Source of the DNA: a virus
Taxonomy: Duplodnaviria > Caudoviricetes
IMG/VR virus record: IMGVR_UViG_3300033067_000207
Location: 957-64,956 of that record
Strand: one strand, 5' to 3'
Length of the DNA: 64,000 nt
In this document: one piece after another, positions 19,226-27,979 of the stretch
Layout: every line of letters starts with the position of its first letter
Position numbering within the stretch: the stretch's first letter is position 1
Notes under the pieces: model-generated
Databases searched by the model: none
Told to the model about the DNA's origin: nothing
What the model saw: only the letters and a program-made list of their open reading frames with translations
Position numbers and translations under genes: made by a program

Positions 19226-19609
19226 ATGATTGGAGATTTTGTTCTGTCGGCGCGGTCGCTGAAGAACCTGATCGGCGTGCATCCTGAGTTGGTTAAGGTT
19301 GTGAAAAAAGCCTTAGAATATAGCGCAGTTGACTTTACGGTGATTGAAGGTGTCCGGACACTCGAAAGGCAGAAACAAATGGTGGCGCAAGGCAAGTCAA
19401 AAACGCTAAATTCCCGACATCTTACCGGCCACGCTGTTGATTTGGTGCCCATTGTCGGCGGCGCGGTTTTGTGGAACCAGTGTCCAGATGTAGCTAAAGC
19501 GATGAAGGAAGCCGCTAAAGAGCTTAATATCCCCGTAGAGTGGGGAGGCGACTGGAAGGGATTTTCGGACCAACCACATTTTCAATTACCTTGGAAGGAT
19601 TACCCATGA
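19226..19609 (+). CDS. Endolysin, M15-family peptidase
   Basis: LIGVHPELVKVV...EGVRTLERQ...SRHLTGHAVDL...WGGDWKGFSDQPHFQL. Confidence 0.9.
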   Translation: MIGDFVLSARSLKNLIGVHPELVKVVKKALEYSAVDFTVIEGVRTLERQKQMVAQGKSKTLNSRHLTGHAVDLVPIVGGAVLWNQCPDVAKAMKEAAKELNIPVEWGGDWKGFSDQPHFQLPWKDYP

Positions 19610-19833
19610 AGAAAATTACTATTAAACTAGTAGACGATTGGCGGGCGGCTTGGAAGTGGTTTTCTGTGCAGGCCATGGGGCTTTCTGTAGTTATGCTCGG
19701 CGCATGGGAAGTGCTGCCTAGTGATTTAAAAGCTACACTTCCAGAAGACTTGGTGCGGTTTCTGGCGATTGGGCTTTTATCTATGGGTATCGCTGGGCGT
19801 GTTGTGGATCAGAAACCGAAGGATAAGCAATGA
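19606..19833 (+). CDS. Holin
   Basis: LVDDWRAAWKWFSVQAM, two TM segments, basic C-terminus; follows the endolysin. Confidence 0.75.
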   Translation: MKKITIKLVDDWRAAWKWFSVQAMGLSVVMLGAWEVLPSDLKATLPEDLVRFLAIGLLSMGIAGRVVDQKPKDKQ

Positions 19834-20303
19834 TTATTAGAGCTGCTATAGCTTTCCTTAAAGAGTTTTGGATACCCATAGTAGTTGTCGCAATTGGCGT
19901 GCTTCTTGGTCTGCTGTATACTGCACAACTGGACGCCGCGCGTAAAGAAGGCTACAAGGAAGCAGAAGCCAAATATGAAAGGGAAATAGATAATGCAAAT
20001 AGGGAAGCGAACCGTAAAATTGCACAGGCTGATGCGTATAGAACCGCAGACCTCGAAGCGCATAAGAAGGAAGTTGCAAATCTCCGTGCTAGCGTTCGCA
20101 CTAGCCGGGTGTATATCAAAGCCACCTGTCCAACCAACGGAAGTTCAAATTCCGGCGTGGGTAATGGTCCCGAGGGAGCCGAACTTGACGGAGAGGTTGC
20201 GCAAAGACTTATTGATATCGCCAGCGACGGAGACCAAGCTATCATCCAACTCGGAGCAGCCCAAGACATCATACGAGCGTTATCCGTAGAAAGTGGCAAG
20301 TAA
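19830..20303 (+). CDS. Rz-like inner-membrane spanin
   Basis: N-terminal TM helix, coiled coil, LRASVRTSRVYIKATC. Confidence 0.8.
   Translation: MIIRAAIAFLKEFWIPIVVVAIGVLLGLLYTAQLDAARKEGYKEAEAKYEREIDNANREANRKIAQADAYRTADLEAHKKEVANLRASVRTSRVYIKATCPTNGSSNSGVGNGPEGAELDGEVAQRLIDIASDGDQAIIQLGAAQDIIRALSVESGK
20032..20289 (+). CDS. Rz1-like outer-membrane lipoprotein spanin embedded in Rz
   Basis: +1 frame inside Rz; signal peptide with lipobox LAGC; Pro-rich mature part. Confidence 0.75.
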   Translation: MRIEPQTSKRIRRKLQISVLAFALAGCISKPPVQPTEVQIPAWVMVPREPNLTERLRKDLLISPATETKLSSNSEQPKTSYERYP

Positions 20304-20806
20304 TGTACGGTCAAGTTTACCTGATTACTAATACGGTGAACGGTAAGCGCTATGTGGGGCTTACTAAGAAACCTATTGGCTATAGGTGGAGCCAACACAC
20401 ACACGATGCGCGTAAACATAAAGGAACTTCCCGCCCACTACTCAACGCAATAAACAAGTATGGCAAAGATGCATTTAGTATAGTAGCTATATATAGCGCG
20501 TTAGACGAATATGCACTTATCGAAGCGGAAAAAGTTATAATCTCTGAACTAAAACCAGAATATAACGCTACTAACGGTGGGGAAACTACTTCCGGACGCG
20601 CCAAGAAACGCACTCATAATTCTGAGGCTAGTAAGGAAAAAGTTTCTGCGGCGCTGAGAGCTTACCATGCGCGTAAAACTGAAGAAGAGCGGGACGCAGT
20701 TAGGCGTAAGATTTCGGTGTCGGTTAAAAAATATTTGTCTGACCCCGCAGTTAGAAAAAATTTGTCTGTAGCCGTGAAAGCTTATTACGCTAACAAGGGA
20801 GCCTAA
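20303..20806 (+). CDS. GIY-YIG homing endonuclease
   Basis: GQVYLITNTVNGKRYVGLT...RWSQH...KPEYN. Confidence 0.9.
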   Translation: MYGQVYLITNTVNGKRYVGLTKKPIGYRWSQHTHDARKHKGTSRPLLNAINKYGKDAFSIVAIYSALDEYALIEAEKVIISELKPEYNATNGGETTSGRAKKRTHNSEASKEKVSAALRAYHARKTEEERDAVRRKISVSVKKYLSDPAVRKNLSVAVKAYYANKGA

Positions 20807-20807
20807 T

Positions 20808-22718
20808 ATGGCTTTAGTAAAATTGCAATTTAAACCGGGGGTTGATCGTGATACGACCAACTATTCCGGGGAGGGCCAGTGGTGGGAGTGTGACAAAATA
20901 CGGTTCCGCTCAGGATACCCACAAAAACTCGGTGGTTGGGAAAAGGTATCGCCTTCGTCCATCCTCGGCGTGTGCCGCCAACTGTATAATTACGCGGTTT
21001 CTTACGGCCAACAATACGTAGCTCTTGGCACGCAAACCAAACTGTATCTGGAAGAAGCAGGATATTTTTATGATATCACGCCTATCCTAGAAACGTTTTC
21101 TTCCCCCAATACTAATAACTGCATCCAAACTACTGATACTTCAACTACGGTAAATATTAATCTTGGTGTTCCGCATAACCTTACAGACGGCCAGTATGTT
21201 ACAATTTCTGGTGTTACGGGTACGGTTGGCGGCGTGCCGGACTCTGAGATTAACGCAAACCACGTTGTCACTGTGGTTGATGCGGACACGTTCTCTATTG
21301 AGGTTACTACGGCAGCTACATCTACGGTGGCTTCTGGTGGTGGCACGGCGATTACAGTAAAGTCCGAGATTATTCCGGGCAACGCGTTAAACATCCAAGG
21401 CTACGGTTTTGGTGCGGGGGGATGGTCGCGGGATGCTTGGGGGCTAGGTGCGGCGTCCGACCCCATAAACTTGCCACAAACTGATTGGTGGTTTGATAAC
21501 CTAGATAATGATTTGTTCGCAAATATACGCGGTGGCGCGCCGTATGTGTGGGTTCGTGGTACTGATCCTGACGACGCTACTGCGCTCGCCACACGGGCCA
21601 TTTCACTTCAAGATTACGCGACTGCGGCTGGGTATTCTTCTTCCGCCGTACCGGTTAAAGTTACGCAACTACTTGTATCACAGCAAGACCAGCACTTGAT
21701 TGCCTTCGGTGCTGTGCAGTACGGCTCTACCAATCCGAACGATTTTGACCCTATGCTTATTCGGTGGGCGGACCAAGGAAACCCGGGACAGTGGACACCC
21801 GCTGTTACAAACTCGTCTGGGTTTATCCGCCTGTCTCGTGGGTCCTCCATCGTGTCCGCGCTACCGACGCGGCAAGAAATCCTCGTGTGGACTAATACTA
21901 CGTTATACGGAATGCAGTTTATTGGGACTCCGGATGACGTTTTTAGCGTGCAGCAATACGGCGCTAACATTTCTATTATGGCCCCAAGAGCGGCGGCTAA
22001 CGCCGCAGGCACTACATATTGGATGGGCGCAGACAAATTCTATGCGTATACGGGACAAGTTGAAACCCTGCCGTGTACGTTGCGCGACCATGTGTTTAGC
22101 AACTTTAACTTCAACCAAAAAGAAAGTGTTGTAGCCGCGTCTAACGAACAATGGAACGAAATCTGGTGGTTTTACCCTAGCGCTAATTCTAACTGGAACG
22201 ATAGCTATGTGGTTTACAACCACGGCGAGCAGATTTGGTATTACGGCACAATTGCTAGAAACTCGTTCCTAGACAGCCATTACAGGCAATACCCAATTGC
22301 GACGGGTACAGTCAACGAAGGAGCCACTTCGTATATGTATAACCACGAAGCTGGTATTGATGCTGACGGTTCTGCACTGGAAGCGTATATTCAATCTAAC
22401 GACTTCGATATTGGCGACGGCGACCGCTTTATGCTGACTACTAGGATTATCCCCGATATTGGCTTTGACGGTTCTACCGCTACCGACCCAGAGGCTACGT
22501 TTACCATACGCACACGATACTTTCCGGGTACTGGATATCAAGACGATCCGGACGACTCACAGAGAGTTATTGAAACTGCGGTTGATAGGTATACTGGGCA
22601 AGTCTTTGTTCGGGCGCGCGGACGGCAAGCGGCAATTAAAGTTAGTTCTGATACGCTTGGCGTTACTTGGCAGGTTGGTTCGCCGCGACTGGATTTGCGG
22701 CCTGACGGGAGGCGGTAA
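20808..22718 (+). CDS. Tail nozzle/stabilisation protein
   Basis: 636-aa beta-rich protein; MLIRWADQ, NEQWNEIWWFYPS motifs; precedes the ejection genes. Confidence 0.7.
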   Translation: MALVKLQFKPGVDRDTTNYSGEGQWWECDKIRFRSGYPQKLGGWEKVSPSSILGVCRQLYNYAVSYGQQYVALGTQTKLYLEEAGYFYDITPILETFSSPNTNNCIQTTDTSTTVNINLGVPHNLTDGQYVTISGVTGTVGGVPDSEINANHVVTVVDADTFSIEVTTAATSTVASGGGTAITVKSEIIPGNALNIQGYGFGAGGWSRDAWGLGAASDPINLPQTDWWFDNLDNDLFANIRGGAPYVWVRGTDPDDATALATRAISLQDYATAAGYSSSAVPVKVTQLLVSQQDQHLIAFGAVQYGSTNPNDFDPMLIRWADQGNPGQWTPAVTNSSGFIRLSRGSSIVSALPTRQEILVWTNTTLYGMQFIGTPDDVFSVQQYGANISIMAPRAAANAAGTTYWMGADKFYAYTGQVETLPCTLRDHVFSNFNFNQKESVVAASNEQWNEIWWFYPSANSNWNDSYVVYNHGEQIWYYGTIARNSFLDSHYRQYPIATGTVNEGATSYMYNHEAGIDADGSALEAYIQSNDFDIGDGDRFMLTTRIIPDIGFDGSTATDPEATFTIRTRYFPGTGYQDDPDDSQRVIETAVDRYTGQVFVRARGRQAAIKVSSDTLGVTWQVGSPRLDLRPDGRR

Positions 22719-22721
22719 GCT

Positions 22722-23051
22722 ATGGCCCTATCTAATTTTAGAGCTTCGCCGCTTCCGAAACCGCCAAAAGAATATAACCCAAACGTATTCCAAGAGGCGT
22801 TTCGGATTATCCAGTTATATTTTAACCAGTTAGACTCGGCTACGCCAAACTACGCCAGTACATATCTGGCGGATAAATACTACTTGGGGTCGGTTACGTC
22901 TGGGCCTTTCTGGACTTCTGGGACTGGTTCTCCGGAGACGGTTGTCACCGCTCCAGTGGGGTCTATTTATTCTCGTCTTGACGGTGGGGCTAGTACCACT
23001 TTGTATATTAAAGAGTCCGGAACCGGGAACACTGGATGGGTTGCAAAGTAA
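22722..23051 (+). CDS. Hypothetical virion protein
   Basis: SGTGSPETVVTAPVGSIYSRLDGGASTTLYIKESGTGNTGWVAK. Confidence 0.6.
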   Translation: MALSNFRASPLPKPPKEYNPNVFQEAFRIIQLYFNQLDSATPNYASTYLADKYYLGSVTSGPFWTSGTGSPETVVTAPVGSIYSRLDGGASTTLYIKESGTGNTGWVAK

Positions 23052-23542
23052 TGGCAAAAACAAAACGAGTGTGGTCAGAAGAGAAACACAAAATACGACA
23101 AGCGAAAAAGAACGCGGTTGTAAAGCAGAAACGCGCAACAGACCCAGATTTTCGTGAACGCAAACGAGAAATAGACCGTAAAAAAGCCGCTCGCGCCCGA
23201 GACAAACGCGCCAACGACCCAGAGTTCTTAGCTAAAGAGCAAGCCGCGTATTTAAGGTACTACGCCAAACACAAAGAACGCCTTAGCAAACGCCGCAAAG
23301 AACTAAAGTATGGGTTAACGCCGGAAGACTATGATGCTATGGTAGTGTCACAGAACGGTTGTTGTGCAATATGCGGTATCGGTAAAGAATATACTAGATA
23401 TGGGTTAGTCATAGACCACTGCCACACTACGGGTAAGATACGCGGACTATTGTGTGACAACTGTAACCGTGGTATAGGGTTGTTTAAAGACAATACAATA
23501 TCCTTAAAGTCCGCTATAAACTATTTGGAGCGCAACAAATGA
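23051..23542 (+). CDS. Endonuclease VII-like homing endonuclease
   Basis: YGLTPEDYDAM..SQNGCCAICG...IDHCHTTGKIRGLLCDNCNRGIG. Confidence 0.9.
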   Translation: MAKTKRVWSEEKHKIRQAKKNAVVKQKRATDPDFRERKREIDRKKAARARDKRANDPEFLAKEQAAYLRYYAKHKERLSKRRKELKYGLTPEDYDAMVVSQNGCCAICGIGKEYTRYGLVIDHCHTTGKIRGLLCDNCNRGIGLFKDNTISLKSAINYLERNK

Positions 23543-24753
23543 GTGATATTCGCGCGCAAGCCCGGGGTTTGGCGGCTCTTTCTAGGGGTCCCGACCAACA
23601 CCTCGTACACATGAGCACGAACGAGCTTAATGCCCTGCAAAATCTGGCGCAAGCCGGGGGTGGTTCGCTTACAATCAACCCCACAACTGGCCTGCCCGAA
23701 GCCGGGTTTTTGGATAATTTGCTTCCTACCATTTTGGGTGTCGGCCTTAGCTTCATTCCGGGTGTAGGCCCTCTTGCTGCCGCAGGCTTGGTTGGCGCTG
23801 GGTATGGTATCGCTGAAGGCGATCTCGGTAAGGGTCTTATGGCCGGGCTTGGCGCGTTTGGTGGCGCTAGCCTCGCTGGTTCGCTTAGTAATTTGGGCGG
23901 TAAAGCCGCCGCTGACGCCGCAGGAAATAACCTCGTCCAAGAACACGTCGCAAACACACTGGCGGGTTCTGGGGTTGGTAGCGGCGCTACAACAGGTGTA
24001 GCAAACGGGATTGCGCAGCAAGTCGCACCTAACGCTATGCACGCATCTTTGGCTAATTCTGGACTAAACGCGGCGCAACAAACAGCGGCGCAACAAATGA
24101 TTAACCAGCAAGCCGTGCACTCGCTGGGGGGTCTAACCGCCAACCAAGCCGTTGCTAACCAAGTGATCCCGAACACGCTATCTAATTTTGGTAGAGGTTT
24201 GCAGGGGCTTCCCGGCAACCTTAAGAATTTACCCGCCGCGTGGCAGGCTACTACTGGTGGCGGCCTAAAAAGTATGGCTGGTTTGGCTGGGTTGGCTGTG
24301 CCGTTCCTTAACACTGACCCCACAGAAATGAACGTGCCGAAGGAAGATACGCCTAAATATGAGGGGCCGTACATGCCCGCGCATCGTGCGTATCGCCCAA
24401 ATACTCGCGCGTTAACCCCGGAAAACTCTTCTGAATGGCAATATTTTGACGTAGTTAACCCAGTACCCAATACAGTTCCGTTTAAACAATACGCGTCCGG
24501 CGGCCAAGTTAGTGATGGGGTTAGTGATAGCGTACCGGCAAATATTGATGGTAAACAACCAGCCGCTCTTTCTCAGGGCGAATTTGTTGTGCCTGCTAGA
24601 GTAGTGGCTGAAATCGGTAATGGTTCTTCTGACGCGGGGGCGCGCAAGCTGGCTATGATGCTGTCTAAAGTCGAACAGAAAATGCGTTCGGCGCGGCGCG
24701 GGGAAGATAGCGGGGCGGATATGGCGGCGGCTCAGACTATGGGAGTGGCATGA
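23539..24753 (+). CDS. Internal virion/ejection protein
   Basis: LVHM...GGSLTINPTTGLPEA; Gly/Ala-rich hydrophobic segment; C-terminal DGVSDSVPA...LSQGEFVVPA. Confidence 0.65.
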   Translation: MSDIRAQARGLAALSRGPDQHLVHMSTNELNALQNLAQAGGGSLTINPTTGLPEAGFLDNLLPTILGVGLSFIPGVGPLAAAGLVGAGYGIAEGDLGKGLMAGLGAFGGASLAGSLSNLGGKAAADAAGNNLVQEHVANTLAGSGVGSGATTGVANGIAQQVAPNAMHASLANSGLNAAQQTAAQQMINQQAVHSLGGLTANQAVANQVIPNTLSNFGRGLQGLPGNLKNLPAAWQATTGGGLKSMAGLAGLAVPFLNTDPTEMNVPKEDTPKYEGPYMPAHRAYRPNTRALTPENSSEWQYFDVVNPVPNTVPFKQYASGGQVSDGVSDSVPANIDGKQPAALSQGEFVVPARVVAEIGNGSSDAGARKLAMMLSKVEQKMRSARRGEDSGADMAAAQTMGVA

Positions 24754-25160
24754 AAGTAACGCTAGTGCCTCGTGAATACGCGGCTAAACAAGTTCAAAGC
24801 GTCAAACACTTACTTAAGCGCGCGGCGGATGAATCAAACGGAAGATACGATACAGAAGATTTAGTAAGCGGAGTAGTTACGTTTGAGTATGAATTGTGGC
24901 TAGTGTATGATACAGAAGGGATCAAATGCATACTTCTCACCAGACCGATGCATTATCCCAAGAAGTCGTTCCTAGAAATTTCTTTCGCTGCCGGTGACGG
25001 GTATCTACAAGCGATTGAAGTTATTGTTAAAACGATGAAATCCTACGCGGCTACTATTGAGTGCGACGGGATTGAGTTTAGAGGTCGCTCTGGGTGGAGC
25101 AAAGTATTGAAGGAAGCTGGTGTTACTGTAGAAGGTATATTTGCCAGCGCAGAGGTTTAG
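24750..25160 (+). CDS. GNAT-like protein (internal virion protein A-like)
   Basis: 136 aa, LEISFAAG...IEFRGRSGWSKVL; position among the ejection genes. Confidence 0.5.
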   Translation: MKVTLVPREYAAKQVQSVKHLLKRAADESNGRYDTEDLVSGVVTFEYELWLVYDTEGIKCILLTRPMHYPKKSFLEISFAAGDGYLQAIEVIVKTMKSYAATIECDGIEFRGRSGWSKVLKEAGVTVEGIFASAEV

Positions 25161-25169
25161 GAGTTAGGC

Positions 25170-26165
25170 ATGGTTGGCGGTGGACAAAAGCAGTCTAATC
25201 AACCTCAACAGGTTAATCAGACTACGACCAATATTCCAGAATACGCGCAGCCGTATTTTACGGACATCCTTCAGCGCGCCCAAGCGGAAAGCAACCGGCC
25301 ATATCAAGCATATGACGGCCAGCGTATCGCTGGCTTTAACGCAAACCAAACCGGCGTACAGAACCAAGTCATGGGGCTGCAAGACCCGTCTCAATTTGGT
25401 CAAGCTTCTAACTTTGCCATGCAGGCGGGTGTCGGTGGCCTGCAAGACCCCAACGTTCAACAATACCACATGGCCGGTCAACCAGACTGGGACGCCACGC
25501 AACGGGACACGTACATGTCGCCGTACATGCAAGGCGTTGTGGATATTACAAAACGGGAAGCTATTACTGACGCACAGAAAGGCCAGCTTGCGGCTAACCT
25601 GAACGCGGCTAGACTCGGCTCGTACGGCGGCGCTCGTCAATTGCTGGCTACTACGGAACGCGAACGCAATTTGGGCCAGAACCTTTCGGATATCCAAACC
25701 AAAGGGTTGCAGTCCGCTTACGAGAACGCGCAGGGCCAATTCAACACCGACCGCCAGTCGCGCTTCAACGTCAACCAACAAAACTTGGCGTCCGATCTGT
25801 CTACGCAAGAACTGGGTGTCAATGCACGCCAGCAAGGCTACAACACGGCCCTGAACGCGGCGCAGTCTTTGGGGCAACTTGGACAGGCACAACAAGACGC
25901 CACACTGGCGCGTCTCCAAGCGCAGGCCAACGTGGGTCAGCAACAACAACAAATGTCGCAATCGTTGTTCGATCAAAACTACGCGGACTTCTTGCGGCAG
26001 CGTGACTATCCTATGGAACAGCTTGGTTACTTCTCCAACATGCTCCATGGTTTGCCTATTGGATTGAACTCGACTACGACGACTTACGCGCCGTCCCCTT
26101 CTACGGGCTCTCAGTTGGCGGGATTGGGCTTGGGTGCGTTGAGCCTGTACAATTTGCAGAAGTAA
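25170..26165 (+). CDS. Internal virion/ejection protein
   Basis: Gln/Ala-rich; YMSPYMQGVVD; ends GLGLGALSLY. Confidence 0.65.
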   Translation: MVGGGQKQSNQPQQVNQTTTNIPEYAQPYFTDILQRAQAESNRPYQAYDGQRIAGFNANQTGVQNQVMGLQDPSQFGQASNFAMQAGVGGLQDPNVQQYHMAGQPDWDATQRDTYMSPYMQGVVDITKREAITDAQKGQLAANLNAARLGSYGGARQLLATTERERNLGQNLSDIQTKGLQSAYENAQGQFNTDRQSRFNVNQQNLASDLSTQELGVNARQQGYNTALNAAQSLGQLGQAQQDATLARLQAQANVGQQQQQMSQSLFDQNYADFLRQRDYPMEQLGYFSNMLHGLPIGLNSTTTTYAPSPSTGSQLAGLGLGALSLYNLQK

Positions 26166-26176
26166 CGGAGCAGTAG

Positions 26177-27967
26177 ATGTATAACAAGCCAGCGCCGTTT
26201 AACATTGGCTCGCCAGAACAACTCGCGGAGTCCGTGGGCTACAGCAAGCAAGCTCTCGCTAAGATTATGCAAAACCCGAACAGCGGTGTTGACCCTACGC
26301 TGGCGGTGCTGGCTGGTATGTATGTGGACCGCATTAAGTCTGGCGGCCAGCTTACGCAGCCGCCTACGACCACTGTTAAAGATGACGTGTTGGCTGGTTT
26401 GGAACAGGCTAGCATTCCTGAAGATATGTTTAGCTCCGCGCCGGGCGAAGCCCCAACGCAAACTTATGCGGGCGGCGGTCTGGTTGCGTTTGCGGATGGT
26501 GGCGAAGTAGACGATCCTAATTGGTATGAGGCCGATGCGTACGGCGATCCTACAATGCCTATGGCTGCGCGCCGCGCAGGGTTACGTATTAAATTCCCAG
26601 ACGCCAGTGAGGCGGAAATTGATCGGTATCTAGTAAAAGCGGAAAAAGCGCGGGCTTCGCGCCAACAAGGGGGGCTTGGTAGCCTTGGCCAAAACGCGCT
26701 TAAGCTCGTCAATACCCCTAGGAAACCCGCCGTAGATATGAAATATATTACGGACCCACAAGCGGAAGCCGCCGCAAAACGCGAAGCTGCGGGGCTCGAA
26801 GAAATTACGCCGTTCCAGCGCGACATTAAAAACGCGGACGCGGCTATTCTGTCCGGCGTCGATAAAATGTTGTCTCCGGTTCAAGGGGCGTTCGGTGCCG
26901 TTGAGCGCGGCCTCGCGGGTATCCCCGACTATTTCATGTCCCCACAAGGTAAAGCAGAGCGCGCAGCAAAAGCCGCTAAGGCCGCGCAGGCAGGCATGCC
27001 GCAAGTTAACATGAACGACCTTCCGCTTCCCGGCAAACCTACTATTACGCTGGATGATCTTCCGCCTATTTCTGCTCGTGGTGGTGGCGGTGGCGGCGCT
27101 TCTGGTTCGGCGTCCTATACTCCGGGCGGAAAGCCGCTTGGTTTGAACACGGACCTCAAGAAAGAAGTCGAAGGGCTCGACAAAATCTACAACGAGATTT
27201 TCCCTGAGACGGCGGAAGAAAAGAAAAACAAGGAATACTACAGCGACGAAGCTGTAAACACGCGCGCGGGCCAACAAAAGAAACAAGATTTGTGGGAAGC
27301 CCTCTTGCATCTCGGTTTCAACGCTGCTGCGAATGACTCCCCATACTGGACGCAAGCTTGGGGTGAAGCTGGTAAGGCTATGGCTCCGCACGTCTCCGCT
27401 ATGCTTAAAGCCCGTAAGGACGAGAAAGAAGCCGTACAGAAGGCTCGCCAAGCTATGGCCCAAGCGACACGCGCTAAAAACGACGACACGTTTAAGCTGG
27501 CGTCCAAGAACGTTAGCGATGCTAGAGAACTGGAAGCTCGCGCGCGTCTGGAACAAGAGCGTATTAAAGCCTCGTTTGCGGAAACCCGCATGCGTATTGC
27601 TGCCGCTAACAAACCAAGCCGCGACGAAAAGTATGTTGATTACTTGGCTAAGCAAATGATTGCTGACGGTATGGACCCGACGCAAGCCTACGCTAAAGCG
27701 TCTCGTGAAGTTATGCGGTACACCAGCGGTATCGAGAAATACGAGCAAACCCAAACCAAGATGACTAAGGATCAAGCGACTAAGGCTTGGACCAAGGATA
27801 TCAGCTACGACCGAGAATACCGCCGCATCAAAAAGGCCGAAGGCCAAGCCGCTGCGGATGCGTATAAGGCCGGTGTTATTAACAGCTTGATGAACGGCGG
27901 TTCTGATGATATGGATACTACAGCGTCGGATGGCGCACCGAGGTTTAAATTTCTCGGCAAAGAGTAG
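26177..27967 (+). CDS. Internal virion/ejection protein
   Basis: 596-aa helical protein with YAGGGLVAFADGGEV. Confidence 0.6.
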   Translation: MYNKPAPFNIGSPEQLAESVGYSKQALAKIMQNPNSGVDPTLAVLAGMYVDRIKSGGQLTQPPTTTVKDDVLAGLEQASIPEDMFSSAPGEAPTQTYAGGGLVAFADGGEVDDPNWYEADAYGDPTMPMAARRAGLRIKFPDASEAEIDRYLVKAEKARASRQQGGLGSLGQNALKLVNTPRKPAVDMKYITDPQAEAAAKREAAGLEEITPFQRDIKNADAAILSGVDKMLSPVQGAFGAVERGLAGIPDYFMSPQGKAERAAKAAKAAQAGMPQVNMNDLPLPGKPTITLDDLPPISARGGGGGGASGSASYTPGGKPLGLNTDLKKEVEGLDKIYNEIFPETAEEKKNKEYYSDEAVNTRAGQQKKQDLWEALLHLGFNAAANDSPYWTQAWGEAGKAMAPHVSAMLKARKDEKEAVQKARQAMAQATRAKNDDTFKLASKNVSDARELEARARLEQERIKASFAETRMRIAAANKPSRDEKYVDYLAKQMIADGMDPTQAYAKASREVMRYTSGIEKYEQTQTKMTKDQATKAWTKDISYDREYRRIKKAEGQAAADAYKAGVINSLMNGGSDDMDTTASDGAPRFKFLGKE

Positions 27968-27979
27968 TAGGGATTACGC

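Noticed and set aside
26630-27847. Long antisense ORFs (also 25164-26048, 37230-38171, 5111-5866, 52500-53180)
   Set aside because: They are shadows of well-supported genes on the opposite strand, with no RBS or recognisable motifs.
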